Notes: a model not told the origin generated them from the sequence alone. Positions 20,678 through 32,166 are shown, counted from the stretch's first letter. The stretch is 64,000 nucleotides of DNA from an uncultured virus (IMG/VR IMGVR_UViG_3300028840_007457) (IMGVR_UViG_3300028840_007457); one strand, 5' to 3'. Program-made: numbers and translations.

Positions 20678-22210
20678 TTAAACCTGCGTAGCGTGAATGC
20701 GAAGTTTATCTAGTTTCCACGGGCGCACAAAACGACGGGTGTCTAGGTGTACAGCTACTCTGAATTGGAAGGTGCTACTAGGTGGAGTATTGGTTTCTTG
20801 AGGCAGTTCTCTAAACTCTTCCGTTTCATCAAAACGGTAGTAAACTGTCATCATGTCTGGAGGAATGGTTCCAGAAAAACTCCACCCGTAAAGACTGACT
20901 GGAACATCCAATTCCAAAAGCTCAAAATTGACCCAATTGTTTTCGGTGTAAGCATTAGTATTAAATCGGTGAAGGCGTCGATTAATAGAATCACCAACAA
21001 CGAAAACATCGGCTTCTTTCCCATCCAAAGTAACTGTATCTGCAACTACAGCTTGAGGAAATCCAATTGCGCCATAAATATCTTCACTTAGGCGGTCATA
21101 GCCACTCAGTTCATCTTCACTGGCTCGGTAACCGTAACTTCCTAAATGTTGTAAGCTAACCTGGTCAAATACCTCAATTGTACCTGTAGCTCCATTGGCA
21201 ATAAAAATCCGTTTATAGCCCCCCAGTTGCGTTTGAATATAAATCTGTTTGGGGGTTCTTAGAGTATATCCAGCGCCACTTGATTCAATGTATGAAGAGA
21301 GCAAAATACCGCTACTTGTGGTAAAAGCAGCGGCTTCATTTTTAGCAGGTCCATTTGTCAACCAAAGTAAATTAGAATTGTTGTCAAAGAAAATATCAGC
21401 AGCGCTATCTACTTCGCTATCTAAAAGACTACCAGTATTTCCATAATACATGGGAATTCCGGTGTTGACCGGAGCAGCAGGATTGCTGACGTCAAAAACA
21501 GTTACAAAACCTCTGTCAAGGGTAGCCCCAGCTGGAGTTCCGTTTTCGTTCAAAATGTAGAGTAGACTATTTGTTTCGTCTACTGCTACTCCAACAGGAT
21601 TGTAGAGAAGAGCCGGTGTAGCTCCAGGAGTATCCAAAGAACCAATTGTAGCTTGATAGGTGTAGGGAGGGTCATAGAGATAGATTTGGCAAATATGGTG
21701 ACTATAACTCGTAACAGCCAGGTAATCTGTACCACCTACGTTAAAGACACAGACAGCAGAGGGATCATTATACTCTTCAACTACAATTGGACCAAATGTA
21801 GGAAAGCGGCTTAAAACTTCCAGCTCAGGATTGAGCAGTATGAGACCAGTTCCACGGTCAGCTAAAATATAACGAACACCATAAGCATCTGTAGAGGGGC
21901 GACGGAAAAACTTAGAAGGGTTACTAACTGTACCTTCTCGAAAAGCACTTAGTTTGGTGATGAAACCAATGGAATCAAAAACAATAGTTCTGTGGCTAGG
22001 GTCCTTACTCATCATTCCGTAAGTGGGTGTGAGAGCGTTAGTAACGTCTTGCACAATACTAGTTTCTGGATTTTGAGCGTCAATGCGGTCTAGAATATCT
22101 TGACGGTAGCTGTCATCAGAAAGAGCGCTGTGTTTTCGCATAACATCTGGATCATTGACCAGTTGTTTTAAAAAAGCTTTAAATTGGTCGTATAGAATTG
22201 CACTACTCAT
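20678..22210 (-). CDS. NHL/YVTN-like beta-propeller virion protein
   Basis: YNDPSAV, LYNPVGVAVD, LRTPKQI and FPQAV repeats. Confidence 0.65.
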   Translation of the reverse strand: MSSAILYDQFKAFLKQLVNDPDVMRKHSALSDDSYRQDILDRIDAQNPETSIVQDVTNALTPTYGMMSKDPSHRTIVFDSIGFITKLSAFREGTVSNPSKFFRRPSTDAYGVRYILADRGTGLILLNPELEVLSRFPTFGPIVVEEYNDPSAVCVFNVGGTDYLAVTSYSHHICQIYLYDPPYTYQATIGSLDTPGATPALLYNPVGVAVDETNSLLYILNENGTPAGATLDRGFVTVFDVSNPAAPVNTGIPMYYGNTGSLLDSEVDSAADIFFDNNSNLLWLTNGPAKNEAAAFTTSSGILLSSYIESSGAGYTLRTPKQIYIQTQLGGYKRIFIANGATGTIEVFDQVSLQHLGSYGYRASEDELSGYDRLSEDIYGAIGFPQAVVADTVTLDGKEADVFVVGDSINRRLHRFNTNAYTENNWVNFELLELDVPVSLYGWSFSGTIPPDMMTVYYRFDETEEFRELPQETNTPPSSTFQFRVAVHLDTRRFVRPWKLDKLRIHATQV

Positions 22211-22383
22211 GAGTTGTTTGCCCCTGCAACTACAAATGTGTTGTGAACGATAGAAAAGTAGTTAGTGTAGGAGAATACACTCTTACACATCTATTACGGC
22301 TTTTCTACCGGTCTAGTAGAAACTAACTTTGTTTGGAAGGAAAAGGGAGGGAAAGAAGGAAGGCAAAAAAGAGTCTTACATAC

Positions 22384-22593
22384 TTACAGGGCCTCAAGTT
22401 CTAGTTTTAAATTAGATCCGGTTATTTTCATTAACTCAGCTGTATCCTTTAGAAGACCAGTTAACTGTTCTCTAAATTCACTTGTGAATAACGCAGCGTT
22501 TTCAAGACCGGTCATAATTTGCATCTCAACAAGATGTTGAAGGCATCTATTGAGAGCACTGTAGGTTTCTTCATATTTAGAAATTTTGCTCGT
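22384..22593 (-). CDS. 69-aa ORF with ACG start (non-canonical start or start-loss pseudogene)
   Basis: AAGGAG, 7 nt, ACG, then an open frame SKISKYEETYSALNR..LELEAL*. Confidence 0.45.
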   Translation of the reverse strand, partial: TSKISKYEETYSALNRCLQHLVEMQIMTGLENAALFTSEFREQLTGLLKDTAELMKITGSNLKLELEAL

Positions 22594-22704
22594 GGTGAAT
22601 CTCCTTTTCTATGTTGTTGATCGACCTCACCACACCTACTTGTTTACAAACCCCACAGCACAAAATTTTAAAAAGGAAGGGACGGAGGGAGAGGAGGAAG
22701 GGTT

Positions 22705-22980
22705 CTAGCGGCCGGATCTCATACCAAGCTTTTTACTTTTAATTTGCTGCGTCATTTCAATGAGAGTTTCAATGGTGTTGAGCTGGAAACTGCGTACCTT
22801 GTTCTTCAGTTTATCATCATTTTTAGCATCCCACTCCAGCAGCTCTCTCATTTCAGGAGAGCCGGAAAGAGTGAAAACATCTAGTAGGTTAGAAATTTGA
22901 CCAATTTCGTCATTGGCATCAAAAGCAAAACGTACAGTTTCATTACCAAATTCAGCTTTACTAGTCATCTTTTTCGTCAT
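22705..22980 (-). CDS. hypothetical protein
   Basis: AAAGG RBS. Confidence 0.6.
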   Translation of the reverse strand: MTKKMTSKAEFGNETVRFAFDANDEIGQISNLLDVFTLSGSPEMRELLEWDAKNDDKLKNKVRSFQLNTIETLIEMTQQIKSKKLGMRSGR

Positions 22981-22995
22981 CCTTTCATCGTCTAG

Positions 22996-23370
22996 TTAGT
23001 TGGCTCTTTTATGTTGAGCCTGTGTCTGCTTGAACAAGTCTCGAAAGTACCACAAGGCTTTCTTTTTGTCAAGCCTTTCTGCTACGTACAAAAATTCGTC
23101 AATGGTTAACTGCTCTCCTTCTAGATCTATGGTGGTCTGGTCCATGTGGTAAGGACAGTTGTTTTCACAGCCTCTAACTACCAATTCAATTGGTACCTCT
23201 TTTCCACTTGTTAAAGTAACTGTGGCTACTGGTATTTTTCCGGCCCACGTCTTAGCTCCGCAAGTTGGGCAACGTCTTTCTTTTCTCCACTTTTTAAAAA
23301 CCTGGTAGACCAGATTGAAAAAGTAGTAGGTGTCAACTATTTTATTTTTGATTGCTTTCAGACTTAACAC
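22996..23370 (-). CDS. hypothetical zinc-finger protein
   Basis: CPTCG..CENNC. Confidence 0.6.
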   Translation of the reverse strand: MLSLKAIKNKIVDTYYFFNLVYQVFKKWRKERRCPTCGAKTWAGKIPVATVTLTSGKEVPIELVVRGCENNCPYHMDQTTIDLEGEQLTIDEFLYVAERLDKKKALWYFRDLFKQTQAQHKRAN

Positions 23371-23508
23371 GATCTAGTATTTCCTTCCTGCCCTCTACAC
23401 GTCCGTGAGCTTTTCCGCGATCCCAAGCCGCAAAAATAATTACCGGGCTAATACAACTCCAACTTACGAGAGCACAAATAAAAATAATGACCCAAGTTTG
23501 TTGCATAG

Positions 23509-23937
23509 TCACTTAAGCTTCCGAATAGAAATACCAATTCTAATCTTTTCTACAGCAGCCATGTACTCTGTAATTTGTTGGCCTAAATTGGTAATCATCA
23601 CTTCTTTGTTTTTCCACTGTCTAGAAAAATCTGAATTTTTGTACAGATTTGGGTATTTGAACTTAGCTAATTTTTTAGAAACAAGAGCTTCGATTGTCTT
23701 CTCTTGGTAATCATAAGTTTGGCAAAAGCTTTTTACGCTTCTCCAATTTCGAGTGCCCCAAGTTTGTGCACTAAGGGTTCTTAATACTTTAAATTGAGCA
23801 GCTGAAATAGGTGCCACTTCTTCAGTTAGAGAATTGTAGTATCTTTTTTGAATTGCCTTCCTAACTTCTGAATTCACAGGTTGCTTAATCTTCTTTTCCT
23901 TTTTAGTCATTTTCTTTTTTCTCCTGCTTTTCTTCAA
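23509..23937 (-). CDS. putative winged-helix protein
   Basis: AQFKVL..TIEALVSKKL..ITNLGQ. Confidence 0.5.
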   Translation of the reverse strand: MKKSRRKKKMTKKEKKIKQPVNSEVRKAIQKRYYNSLTEEVAPISAAQFKVLRTLSAQTWGTRNWRSVKSFCQTYDYQEKTIEALVSKKLAKFKYPNLYKNSDFSRQWKNKEVMITNLGQQITEYMAAVEKIRIGISIRKLK

Positions 23938-23991
23938 GATAATCCAGTAGAGGCGTCAACACATCCTTTAAACATGCTAACCCACAAATCT

Positions 23992-24804
23992 TTATCTTTC
24001 GACAACTACTGCACAATCTAGAAAAACTTGTCCTAGGGGCGTGAGTTTAAATTTATTGTCTGGTTCAGTGTGAAAAGAACCATCTTTGTGATTCACCGTT
24101 TTCCAACTTTCTTTAACCTCTACAAGTCCTAACTTTTCAAGAGATTTAAGACTGTTGGTTGGATAACGTTTACAAGTCTTGATCCAAGTTCCAAAACTAT
24201 TTCCCATTTGACAAGATTGAAGCAAGTTTTTTAGTATTTTAATTTGTGGTCCTGTACACCTGTCCTGAATATTGTTTAAAATAGAGGCGCCATGGTGAAT
24301 TAAATAGTAAAGGTTATCAAAAACAAAAGGTCTAGTAGAGGAATAGTTTGTTTGCTTAGTCCCAGAATTGACGATTATCCAATCGCTATTTCTACATGGA
24401 AAAATAGTACCAGGCTCGATTTCATATCTAGCTTTTGCTACGTAAAGGAGATCATTGTAAAAAAGTTCACTAATAGTTGTAGCTCTACTGATAACATGTT
24501 GGGGAAGTAGATGATCTAAATCTCTTATGACTATTTTTTCCGCTTTGTTTCTAAAAGAGGGAACATTAGTAATTACATATCCTAGATTTGGTGGACGGTC
24601 TCTGATAATTGTTCGCAGCTTGTGTTCTTTCTCTAACTTTTTGAAAGTATCGTAGGAGTAAACAAACCAACGATCTACTCCAAAAAAAGATGGGAGAGAT
24701 ACACCTTTGGAAATTAGAACGAGGTGAAAACCAGGATCATCCCAAACTGAAGTCATCTTTTTAAGCGTTTGTTGGGCTAGATTATTTTCAACCGTCATAA
24801 GCAT
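23992..24804 (-). CDS. hypothetical protein with C-terminal winged helix
   Basis: QIKIL..SLKSLEKLGLVE..LTPLGQ. Confidence 0.55.
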   Translation of the reverse strand: MLMTVENNLAQQTLKKMTSVWDDPGFHLVLISKGVSLPSFFGVDRWFVYSYDTFKKLEKEHKLRTIIRDRPPNLGYVITNVPSFRNKAEKIVIRDLDHLLPQHVISRATTISELFYNDLLYVAKARYEIEPGTIFPCRNSDWIIVNSGTKQTNYSSTRPFVFDNLYYLIHHGASILNNIQDRCTGPQIKILKNLLQSCQMGNSFGTWIKTCKRYPTNSLKSLEKLGLVEVKESWKTVNHKDGSFHTEPDNKFKLTPLGQVFLDCAVVVER

Positions 24805-25054
24805 ATTTATCCTCCCTCATAGCACCATCTTGATCCACCCAATCAGATAAAACTACATGATCTACCCACACAGCTTTCCAATCTTCTCTTTCTTTATTAT
24901 ACTTGGCATCTGCCAGAGATGTTTCTTCATCGCCATACACTTCAGTTCTTACCGAATAATCGGTAGCAACACTGGTTACCACCCAAATTTCGTCAATCTT
25001 CATGGCCTTTACTCTCCTCTTTTTGTTTGTCAATAAAATAATCGTAAAGAGCAC
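24788..25054 (-). CDS. hypothetical protein (likely start 25003)
   Basis: GAGGAG RBS before MKIDEIW. Confidence 0.55.
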   Translation of the reverse strand: MLFTIILLTNKKRRVKAMKIDEIWVVTSVATDYSVRTEVYGDEETSLADAKYNKEREDWKAVWVDHVVLSDWVDQDGAMREDKYAYDG

Positions 25055-25128
25055 CTACAGCATTTAACAAGTGCCAGCGGAATTGGGACTCATCCTGATT
25101 CCAAGAAGGAGAACCGTCTTCGTTTATC

Positions 25129-25800
25129 CTATCGTGTACACTCCCAAGCAGCTCCCACGTGAGTATCTTTAAGCTCTTGCAAAGAGTGATTTGATTTTTC
25201 TTTCTTCTTGTATTTGTAGGTTTTACCAGTTGGATTAACAGGTTTTTCGTCTGGTTTAGTTAGAATCTGAACATTGAAGGGACCTTTAAAAAATTCACAG
25301 TGATCAGTTTCTGGTTTTGTTTTAGAAACTATCAAACGTGTTACATTATTTACTCCACTAGAAAACCCCACCCAAACAGAATGATAATTAATGGATTCTT
25401 CTTCCCCAGGTTCTGCAAGCACATCGTATTCAAAATTTGATCCCTCTTGCAGTACTTCATATTTTGAAGAAGGTAATTCTTTAAACTTTTTGGATTTAGC
25501 ACCTTTACTTGGTGGTGTAAAATATTCTATAATTTGACGAACAACATCTACCACAGCTTGAGGAGCATACCTCCCTGGATCTTCTTCGTACTCGGACATA
25601 AAAGTACCAACTTTAATGAGCCCTTCTCTAGCCAAAATTGGAAAGGGAAAGTTAATCACACCCTTACAATTAATACACCAAAATTTGAGTTGTTCATTTT
25701 CTACCGTACAACGTAATTTGTCATATCTATCCTCAAATTTAAAATCAGTGTTACCAGTTTTGATGACAACAGCCCCACACTCACAAGTATAAAGAGTCAT
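25129..25800 (-). CDS. hypothetical zinc-binding protein
   Basis: N-terminal CxC..WCxxC domain, paralogous to 25805-26026. Confidence 0.6.
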   Translation of the reverse strand: MTLYTCECGAVVIKTGNTDFKFEDRYDKLRCTVENEQLKFWCINCKGVINFPFPILAREGLIKVGTFMSEYEEDPGRYAPQAVVDVVRQIIEYFTPPSKGAKSKKFKELPSSKYEVLQEGSNFEYDVLAEPGEEESINYHSVWVGFSSGVNNVTRLIVSKTKPETDHCEFFKGPFNVQILTKPDEKPVNPTGKTYKYKKKEKSNHSLQELKDTHVGAAWECTR

Positions 25801-25804
25801 TCTC

Positions 25805-26026
25805 TTAGATTCCTTCCAAACAGTATACAGACAAAGAAGCCTTTTTAGTAGAGGAGCTTAGAAGGCAAATGGTGTCACCACACTGAGCACACCAAAGTCT
25901 AATAAGTCCATTTTCAGGCCCAAATCGAAGGTATTTAGAATCCCCTGAAAAGCGAAAGATTTTATTGTCTTCTGCGAAAATGGTACAGAGTCCATAGTCA
26001 CAATTGTAGTTTGTTGTAGTTGACAT
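25805..26026 (-). CDS. hypothetical zinc-binding protein
   Basis: YNC..F.F..LR..EN..WCAQC. Confidence 0.5.
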   Translation of the reverse strand: MSTTTNYNCDYGLCTIFAEDNKIFRFSGDSKYLRFGPENGLIRLWCAQCGDTICLLSSSTKKASLSVYCLEGI

Positions 26027-26029
26027 TTA

Positions 26030-26335
26030 TCAGCCCTTTGCAGCAATATGTTTCATTTTAAAAGCTGTTACCTCGGCAAATTTTTTAATCAACCTTTTCA
26101 CTACAGCATTACGACGACTAAGACATCGTTGAAAGAGTTCCTCGTCTACACTTTGACAAGAGGGACAATCCAAAAATTGTTCAAAGTACTTGTTAACTTC
26201 CCCTTCTACAAAATGGGCAAAGATAGGACTCTTTTTAAGAGAATCTCCAATAACTTCTGACATGTTATAACGAAGAGCTGTGGTCTTATTTACAATATGA
26301 GCAATTTCTTCAGCACTGAGCAAGTCATCAACCAT
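26030..26335 (-). CDS. hypothetical protein
   Basis: Coupled ORF. Confidence 0.55.
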   Translation of the reverse strand: MVDDLLSAEEIAHIVNKTTALRYNMSEVIGDSLKKSPIFAHFVEGEVNKYFEQFLDCPSCQSVDEELFQRCLSRRNAVVKRLIKKFAEVTAFKMKHIAAKG

Positions 26336-26942
26336 TTTTAAGTTCCTTCAAAATAGAGAGTACAGAAGCAAAATCAGAGACAATTTTGTCTGCCCAAAGG
26401 TGAGTTGGGGTTCTATCTCCAGCTCGGGGTTGTCCGCAAACGATTAGGTACTTGTCTTTTCCTAAAGCATAGAAAGCGTCCGCATGGGCATCTAACCCAC
26501 AGGGTAGTAGTAACACAACTGCATCGCAATTGTCAAGCGCTTCTCGATTACCTTCTACAGCTTCGCGCCAAGCTGGAACAGAGCTTATGTAATCCTTGTA
26601 TCGGTGTTTCGCGGGATCGAATTGTTCAGGAAATTTCTCGGGTGGAATCTCTGGGCTTTTTCTGCAAGCTGGGTTGGTGAAGTCGTAAACGTCGTAACCA
26701 GCCTCAGTTAATTGAGTGGCTAGCTCTCTGACATTCTCTCTATTTTTCCAGCTGGAGCTTATGTAGACGTTTCTTACGCCGTGAGTAAAAGGCCATTGTC
26801 TCAATTGAATTTGACAAGTGCCTACACACTCTTCACAAATGACTACCAGAGGACCCTGAATAAGGCGTCGTCCGTCAGCATCTGTGTTGCCACAAAAAGA
26901 ACAAACACCAATGTCTCCAGGACAATTTGGCGGGTGAGACAT
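26328..26942 (-). CDS. ClpX C4 zinc-finger fused to a nucleoside 2-deoxyribosyltransferase/TIR-like Rossmann domain
   Basis: CSFCG..RRLIQGP.V.ICEECV..C, then VYISSSWKN..GYDVYDF..CDAVVLLLPCG. Confidence 0.75.
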   Translation of the reverse strand: MSHPPNCPGDIGVCSFCGNTDADGRRLIQGPLVVICEECVGTCQIQLRQWPFTHGVRNVYISSSWKNRENVRELATQLTEAGYDVYDFTNPACRKSPEIPPEKFPEQFDPAKHRYKDYISSVPAWREAVEGNREALDNCDAVVLLLPCGLDAHADAFYALGKDKYLIVCGQPRAGDRTPTHLWADKIVSDFASVLSILKELKNG

Positions 26943-29203
26943 TAAACTGCCTCTTTTTCATAAGGGTCATAAACTAGCTTATAGTAGTCTAGAATGATAT
27001 CAGCTCTTGCTGGAAAATGTCTACCTTCTAATTTGGATGGGGCTAGACAAAGACTCACAACTCCTCCAAAAGAAAAATCTGAGGTGCTTAGAATTAAAAT
27101 ATCGGTAGGATAAATAGGAAGCATATCCTCATGATCTGCTTTGAGAGTCCAATGTTGTCCCAAGTTCAATTTTGCTTTAGCAGCTACAATAGCTTTTTTG
27201 GTTTCTTCTTTGCCAGCGCCAACATACTGTACACTATCCATTTTGTTTCTCCTCTTTTTTGTTGAAGGTTTGGTCGTAGTACTCTTCTTTTAAAGAGTTT
27301 TCATCGCCTGTAAATGTAACCAAATGGGTGTCTTCAATAGCACGGCAAAGAAGCCAGTAGTGACCACTGGCATCAAAAACATCGGCTGTATACCTAAAAA
27401 AGGTTTTACAGTGATTACACCAAAAACCAAAACGAACATTTGTTTTACCAGTCAGGTTACAGCCAACAATTGCTGTGTCTAAGCGATAATCACACTCTTC
27501 ATGAGGACAACTAGGTTTTCTAATAGACCCACAATCCACAGGAACTATTTTGATTTCTTCGGGTGGTATGTTTACTGCTCCCATTTCAATTTTTCTTTCT
27601 GTAGATCGCAAAAAAATTATTCAGTGTATCTTTGTTTCCATACAGGAACTTGGAATAGTTTTTCACCATATACTCCATCTGGAGGAGGAAATTGTCCACT
27701 AGTAATTAATTATTCTAATTCTTTCTCACTTACTTTAAAACGAAACCTAATGGCCGTCTTGCTAAGTGGTTTCAGAATCGGAGATAAATATGTCATTTTT
27801 TACTCCCATCGGAAACATAATGTTCCCAAGCTTTAAACATTGCATCATCCATACTTTTGTTTGAGGAAGTACTCACCCTATGACCGCAATTTTCTTCACA
27901 GCAAGCTATAGCACTTGTATATTCTATGGGGTCATCATCTTCGAACACGAGATGACAAGCTGTAGCAATACCAGTACCACAAATTGGACAAGTAATTGTC
28001 AAAAGCTGGTCTGAACGATTCATTTTTTCTCCAGCTCGGCTTGCACAGCAGCTACAATATCTTCGTAAAACCAACAGCCCTCTTCACTGCGCACAAAACG
28101 ACAACGCTCACCATTTTCGGGGGGTCCCACAGGAAAACTGATTTTCCAAACTGTCTCATTTTCTTTAGCGTAGGCTAGAGCTTCTTTGAGAGTAGACCAC
28201 CACCTCAATTCTCCACTAACATCTCTAGTTTGCACTTCAAAAACAGGTTTAGGTGTCATGTTTATCGTACTCCTTCTGAAGACAGTCTCCACAAAGTTTA
28301 GGACCTGTAAGGTGTGCTTCTTCAGGCGAACATATTACAATCGTTTCGCAAGAATAACAAGTAAAGCTTGTAGATTCTCCTGTCTTCCCTAACATTTCTT
28401 GCAGCATAGAATTAGCCTCAGGATTTCCCGAGGTTTGGCAAAAATGAGAAGAACCCTCTTTTAATTTTGTAACTGCTTTTGTAGCTGCTGTTATACAGCG
28501 TCCAATACTTCTGCCTCCCTCCATATAAACACTTACAAATGCAGCTGCCCAAACCATCTTTTCACCGTCTGTCAGCATGGTATCTATTCTCCCCATTTCT
28601 CTTCGGCGTAGGTAAAGAGCCAATCGAATCCACTTACTTTTCCTGCTGTAATTTTATTCCAAGCAAGATTGTACAATTTTGCCGCATAATTAGTTTCTTC
28701 AGAATTTCCTTCTTTATTTTCAACTGTTCGCTTCAGTTCCATAAATACATTGTAGCAAGAGTCACAAACACTGCGTGTTAGAATTGAACGAGTATAGTCA
28801 TCTTGATCTGCTTCTTCACCACAAAGAGCACACCGGACTGGAATATACATTTTTAGTCCTCTCTACTAAAATCTTTAGTTTCTACAATTTCACCTGTAGC
28901 TTCACCTACAACTATTATTTTTCCATTTGCTTTAATATCTTTAATCAATTCTTTAATTGGATCTGGTAGTGGTTTAACTTTTCTAAAAAGGAAAGACCCT
29001 ACGATAACACCAGCTACATAGGCTAAGCAAAAAGCAACAGGTCTCCACATAAATTTTGTAGCTGATGCAGGAAGTGGAAGGAGAAAACCTAAAACAGGCC
29101 AAAGAAAAACATAAAAACGAAGACGACATTTAATAGATAGATAACGAAAACCTAGACCAAAAAGGAAGCAAAATATCAGTATAAAATACATCCAAATTGG
29201 CAT
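26942..29203 (-). CDS. run of small hypothetical genes (26942-27241, 27234-27611, 27793-28074, 28020-28292, 28249-28623, 28584-28850, 28853-29203 membrane)
   Basis: Tightly overlapping minus-strand ORFs, several with CxxC; typical phage accessory genes. Confidence 0.55.
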
Positions 29204-29218
29204 GGTACTACTCCTTAA

Positions 29219-29722
29219 TTATTCTTTGTCTGCCAAAGTTCGGACTATTATCCAAATTAAAAGGTACACTTCCTCTTTTAAAAGAAGATGTGCTGAGAAT
29301 TGTTTATTATTTTCGCTAAAAGATCCAAAAATTTTATGGGGTGGAAAACCTTCAAAATAAACAGGATGCAAACATTCGTTTGGTTTTGGATTGAATAAAT
29401 CAAAGAAATCAACTTCCACAGGAAATGGGGAAGATACAGAAATTTTATAGTTTAAAAAATTATCTCGAATGGTAAAAATTATACCATTCTTACTACGAAA
29501 TTCAACTACCGGCAATTTTATAGATTTAGAGGTATGTTCTCCAATTACTACAGGACGTGCTGAATCTAATTCTTCTAGACTGGACTGATGTTCGTTTAAA
29601 CAAACCGCCAAAACTAAATGTCTAAAAAATTCAATTTGTTTATACGCAGCTTTTTCCCAGAACAATCCTACCTTTGGTTTATTAGCCTCAAACCAATCAT
29701 TTAAGCAAATTGGTGTCATCAT
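29219..29722 (-). CDS. conserved phage hypothetical protein
   Basis: VIGEHTSKSIKLPV..RDNF..YFEGFP motif. Confidence 0.6.
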   Translation of the reverse strand: MMTPICLNDWFEANKPKVGLFWEKAAYKQIEFFRHLVLAVCLNEHQSSLEELDSARPVVIGEHTSKSIKLPVVEFRSKNGIIFTIRDNFLNYKISVSSPFPVEVDFFDLFNPKPNECLHPVYFEGFPPHKIFGSFSENNKQFSAHLLLKEEVYLLIWIIVRTLADKE

Positions 29723-29726
29723 TTAT

Positions 29727-30197
29727 TTACGACTCTCCGTGAAGTTTCTTTTTACAAACCTCAATTACTCTCATACACAGATCTACATCCATTTCCCCAA
29801 TATGACACTCTTTTCCAGGTATATCTAATTGCTTAGCCAACCAAGCGTAAGCTTTTTTTCTATTCCCACCTTTGCGTTTCCAAAGTTTATCAAAAACCCT
29901 GTGAGCCCCTTTTTTAGCAGCTCGCAATTGAGCATCAGCTAATCTTCCCAAAGGTTTGGTGGTACCAGGATGACATCCAACGTAAGCCCACTCCTTCTTG
30001 CATTTACACAGGTAGACTGGTCCATAATCTTTACCGTAAATCTCTTTACTGGTGGTGAGTACAGCTCTTTTGCCACAGTATGGACACAATACTGCGTTAG
30101 GGTTAATTCTTGTACCAGGCAATGTAGGTTGAACGGGTAGTTTACTCATTATTTCATTTTTTTGACCGAAGCCAAATCTAACTTCACCAACCCCCAA
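29727..30197 (-). CDS. DUF3268-family zinc-finger protein
   Basis: CPYCG..AYVGCHPGT.KPLGRLA..FD.LW..AYAWLA..CHIG. Confidence 0.8.
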   Translation of the reverse strand: MGVGEVRFGFGQKNEIMSKLPVQPTLPGTRINPNAVLCPYCGKRAVLTTSKEIYGKDYGPVYLCKCKKEWAYVGCHPGTTKPLGRLADAQLRAAKKGAHRVFDKLWKRKGGNRKKAYAWLAKQLDIPGKECHIGEMDVDLCMRVIEVCKKKLHGES

Positions 30198-31728
30198 GCA
30201 CGCTTAGTATCATAGCCTGTTTTTAAATCAAACTTTCTACCTTTTTCGTCCACCCAACAGGCTCCAACTTTTCGTAAACGAACAGTATCAATTACCAAAT
30301 CATGGCTAGAAACTGTGTTGAGAAGATCTCCCTCGTGTGTAAATTTAGTAGTAGCCACGTTAACCCTCACAAAGCTCATAAAAATGGAGAAATTGATCTC
30401 GGTTTAGCTTTTGTTCAGCCCCACCACCAAAGTAGGGATAAAAACAAATCTCTTCTTTTCTTATTCTACTTACACGCACAGACGGAGTAGTCTCTCCTTT
30501 TTTAGACCACACGCTTTTCTTTTTAATCTTCTGCACCAGTTTCTTTCTCCTCTTGTGTTGGTAATCCATCAGCTACTTTGGGCAGTGAAGCTTTATAAGA
30601 ATTGCTCAGACGATAAGAAACTTTTCCAAACAAAGTTTCTACTCTCAATGAACCACATCCTTTGCACCAGGAGAATTTTTTAGCTCCTGCGGCATTCAAA
30701 AAAGTCCACTTATGTTGATGTTTTTGATAAGGCAAGATCAACTCCCGTAAGGTTTGATTTTAGAAGCGGCGTGTAGAGCTTGACTTGCAGCCACCTCAAA
30801 AGTTTTAGGGTGGTTCTCCAATTGAAACTCGTAAATACTAGCTGCCACTGGAGCCCGGATTAAGGGGTCACTCACATCCCAAATAAAGATACTTGGACCA
30901 CTAGGAAGAGTGATTGCTGTAATTCGTACATGCAAACCATTAGGTAACCAATGGTGAGCATCGTTAATTCCACCTTCCCAAACAACGTCGTCTTTGGATT
31001 TAGTCTGCATTTACATATCTTTAATGTGATTATCGTGATCTGATGGCAAACCAGCACACCCTACAAAAGGAGCTTTCAATTTTCCGCACTTTAATCCGTA
31101 TTCTGCATTATCGTCATGGTAGCAAATATTAGCGCGGAAAATTGGATCTCCAGCTCTATGAAGAAGTAAACCATTCCCACCATTAATCTTTAAATCTGGA
31201 TGAGTACAGTGTGTTCCATCTCTATGAGGACAATCTCCACAAAGCAAGATAAAATGACCTGGTTCACCAGTACTCCAAGAGAGTTCAAAATAAAGACGCT
31301 CGTGCTCTTTAATTATTTGAAAGCAATCATCACTTTTACAAGCAATCAAAATATTATAGGGCTCAGGTTTGTCATTTTCATCACATTCACACCACAACCT
31401 GAATTCGCAAATATCATCACTTGTGTAACCACAAAGCTGACAGCGTTTAAAAGTAGTTGGAAGAATTTGATATGGAACTGTTTCAGTAAGTCTATCCATT
31501 TCAACCTGGTCCTTTTCTGCCGGTCAAAGCTTTTACACCGTGAACTCTAACAATTTGGTCGTAGCGAGGTTTAAGATGTTTACAGAAAGTACAGAGGTGG
31601 TAGTAACCATGCTCACCTTGAACCCAACCTCTAGGAGTTCCTACAGAACTAGCTCGTCGGGTGTGACAACCTTCAGCATCACAAAGGTACATATCGGCCC
31701 GACCGTCACTTCTAGCTCGAATACTCAC
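30149..31728 (-). CDS. run of small hypothetical genes (30149-30379, 30360-30569, 30523-30741, 30738-31010, 31011-31499, 31501-31728)
   Basis: Coupled minus-strand ORFs downstream of the promoter at 31749-31777. Confidence 0.55.
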
Positions 31729-31748
31729 CTACCACCTCCAATTAGACT

Positions 31749-31777
31749 ACGCTAGCACAAGGTAACAAGAGTGTCAA
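31749..31777 (-). promoter_or_regulatory. sigma70-type promoter (TTGACA-17-TAGCGT, with TGTGC before the -10)
   Basis: Member of a recurring motif family in this window. Confidence 0.6.
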
Positions 31778-32166
31778 CTTTTTATTTTCTTCCAGCGTTT
31801 GTACCAATTTTTAGTTTTTGGATAAACAAAAACGGGAATACCTGCTTTTTTTGCACGTCGTACTGTATCAGCTGTCCCACGTGAAGAATCTAAGTCTTCT
31901 GTAAAAGCCAACACCACATCAGGATTTTTATCAATCATTTTTTGATTACGAAGAGGACCAGCAGCTTTACCATACTTTTCCCAATTAGCTGGGTATTTTT
32001 CTATATTAAATCCTAACTCCCACCCAATTTCCCCAGCCAGTGTATCAGCTCCTTTAGCAGTTCCATGTATAACGGTCACATTTTTCTTTTTCTTAACAGC
32101 TCCAAGAGCTTCCCAAATTGGTTTTCGTCTATCCCAATTCCTAGAACCACACACTAAAATTTTCAT
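31774..32166 (-). CDS. DUF2493 / SLOG (YspA-like) protein
   Basis: ILVCGSR..IHGTAKGAD..YPANW.KYGKAAGPLRNQKM..SRGT. Confidence 0.85.
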   Translation of the reverse strand: MKILVCGSRNWDRRKPIWEALGAVKKKKNVTVIHGTAKGADTLAGEIGWELGFNIEKYPANWEKYGKAAGPLRNQKMIDKNPDVVLAFTEDLDSSRGTADTVRRAKKAGIPVFVYPKTKNWYKRWKKIKS

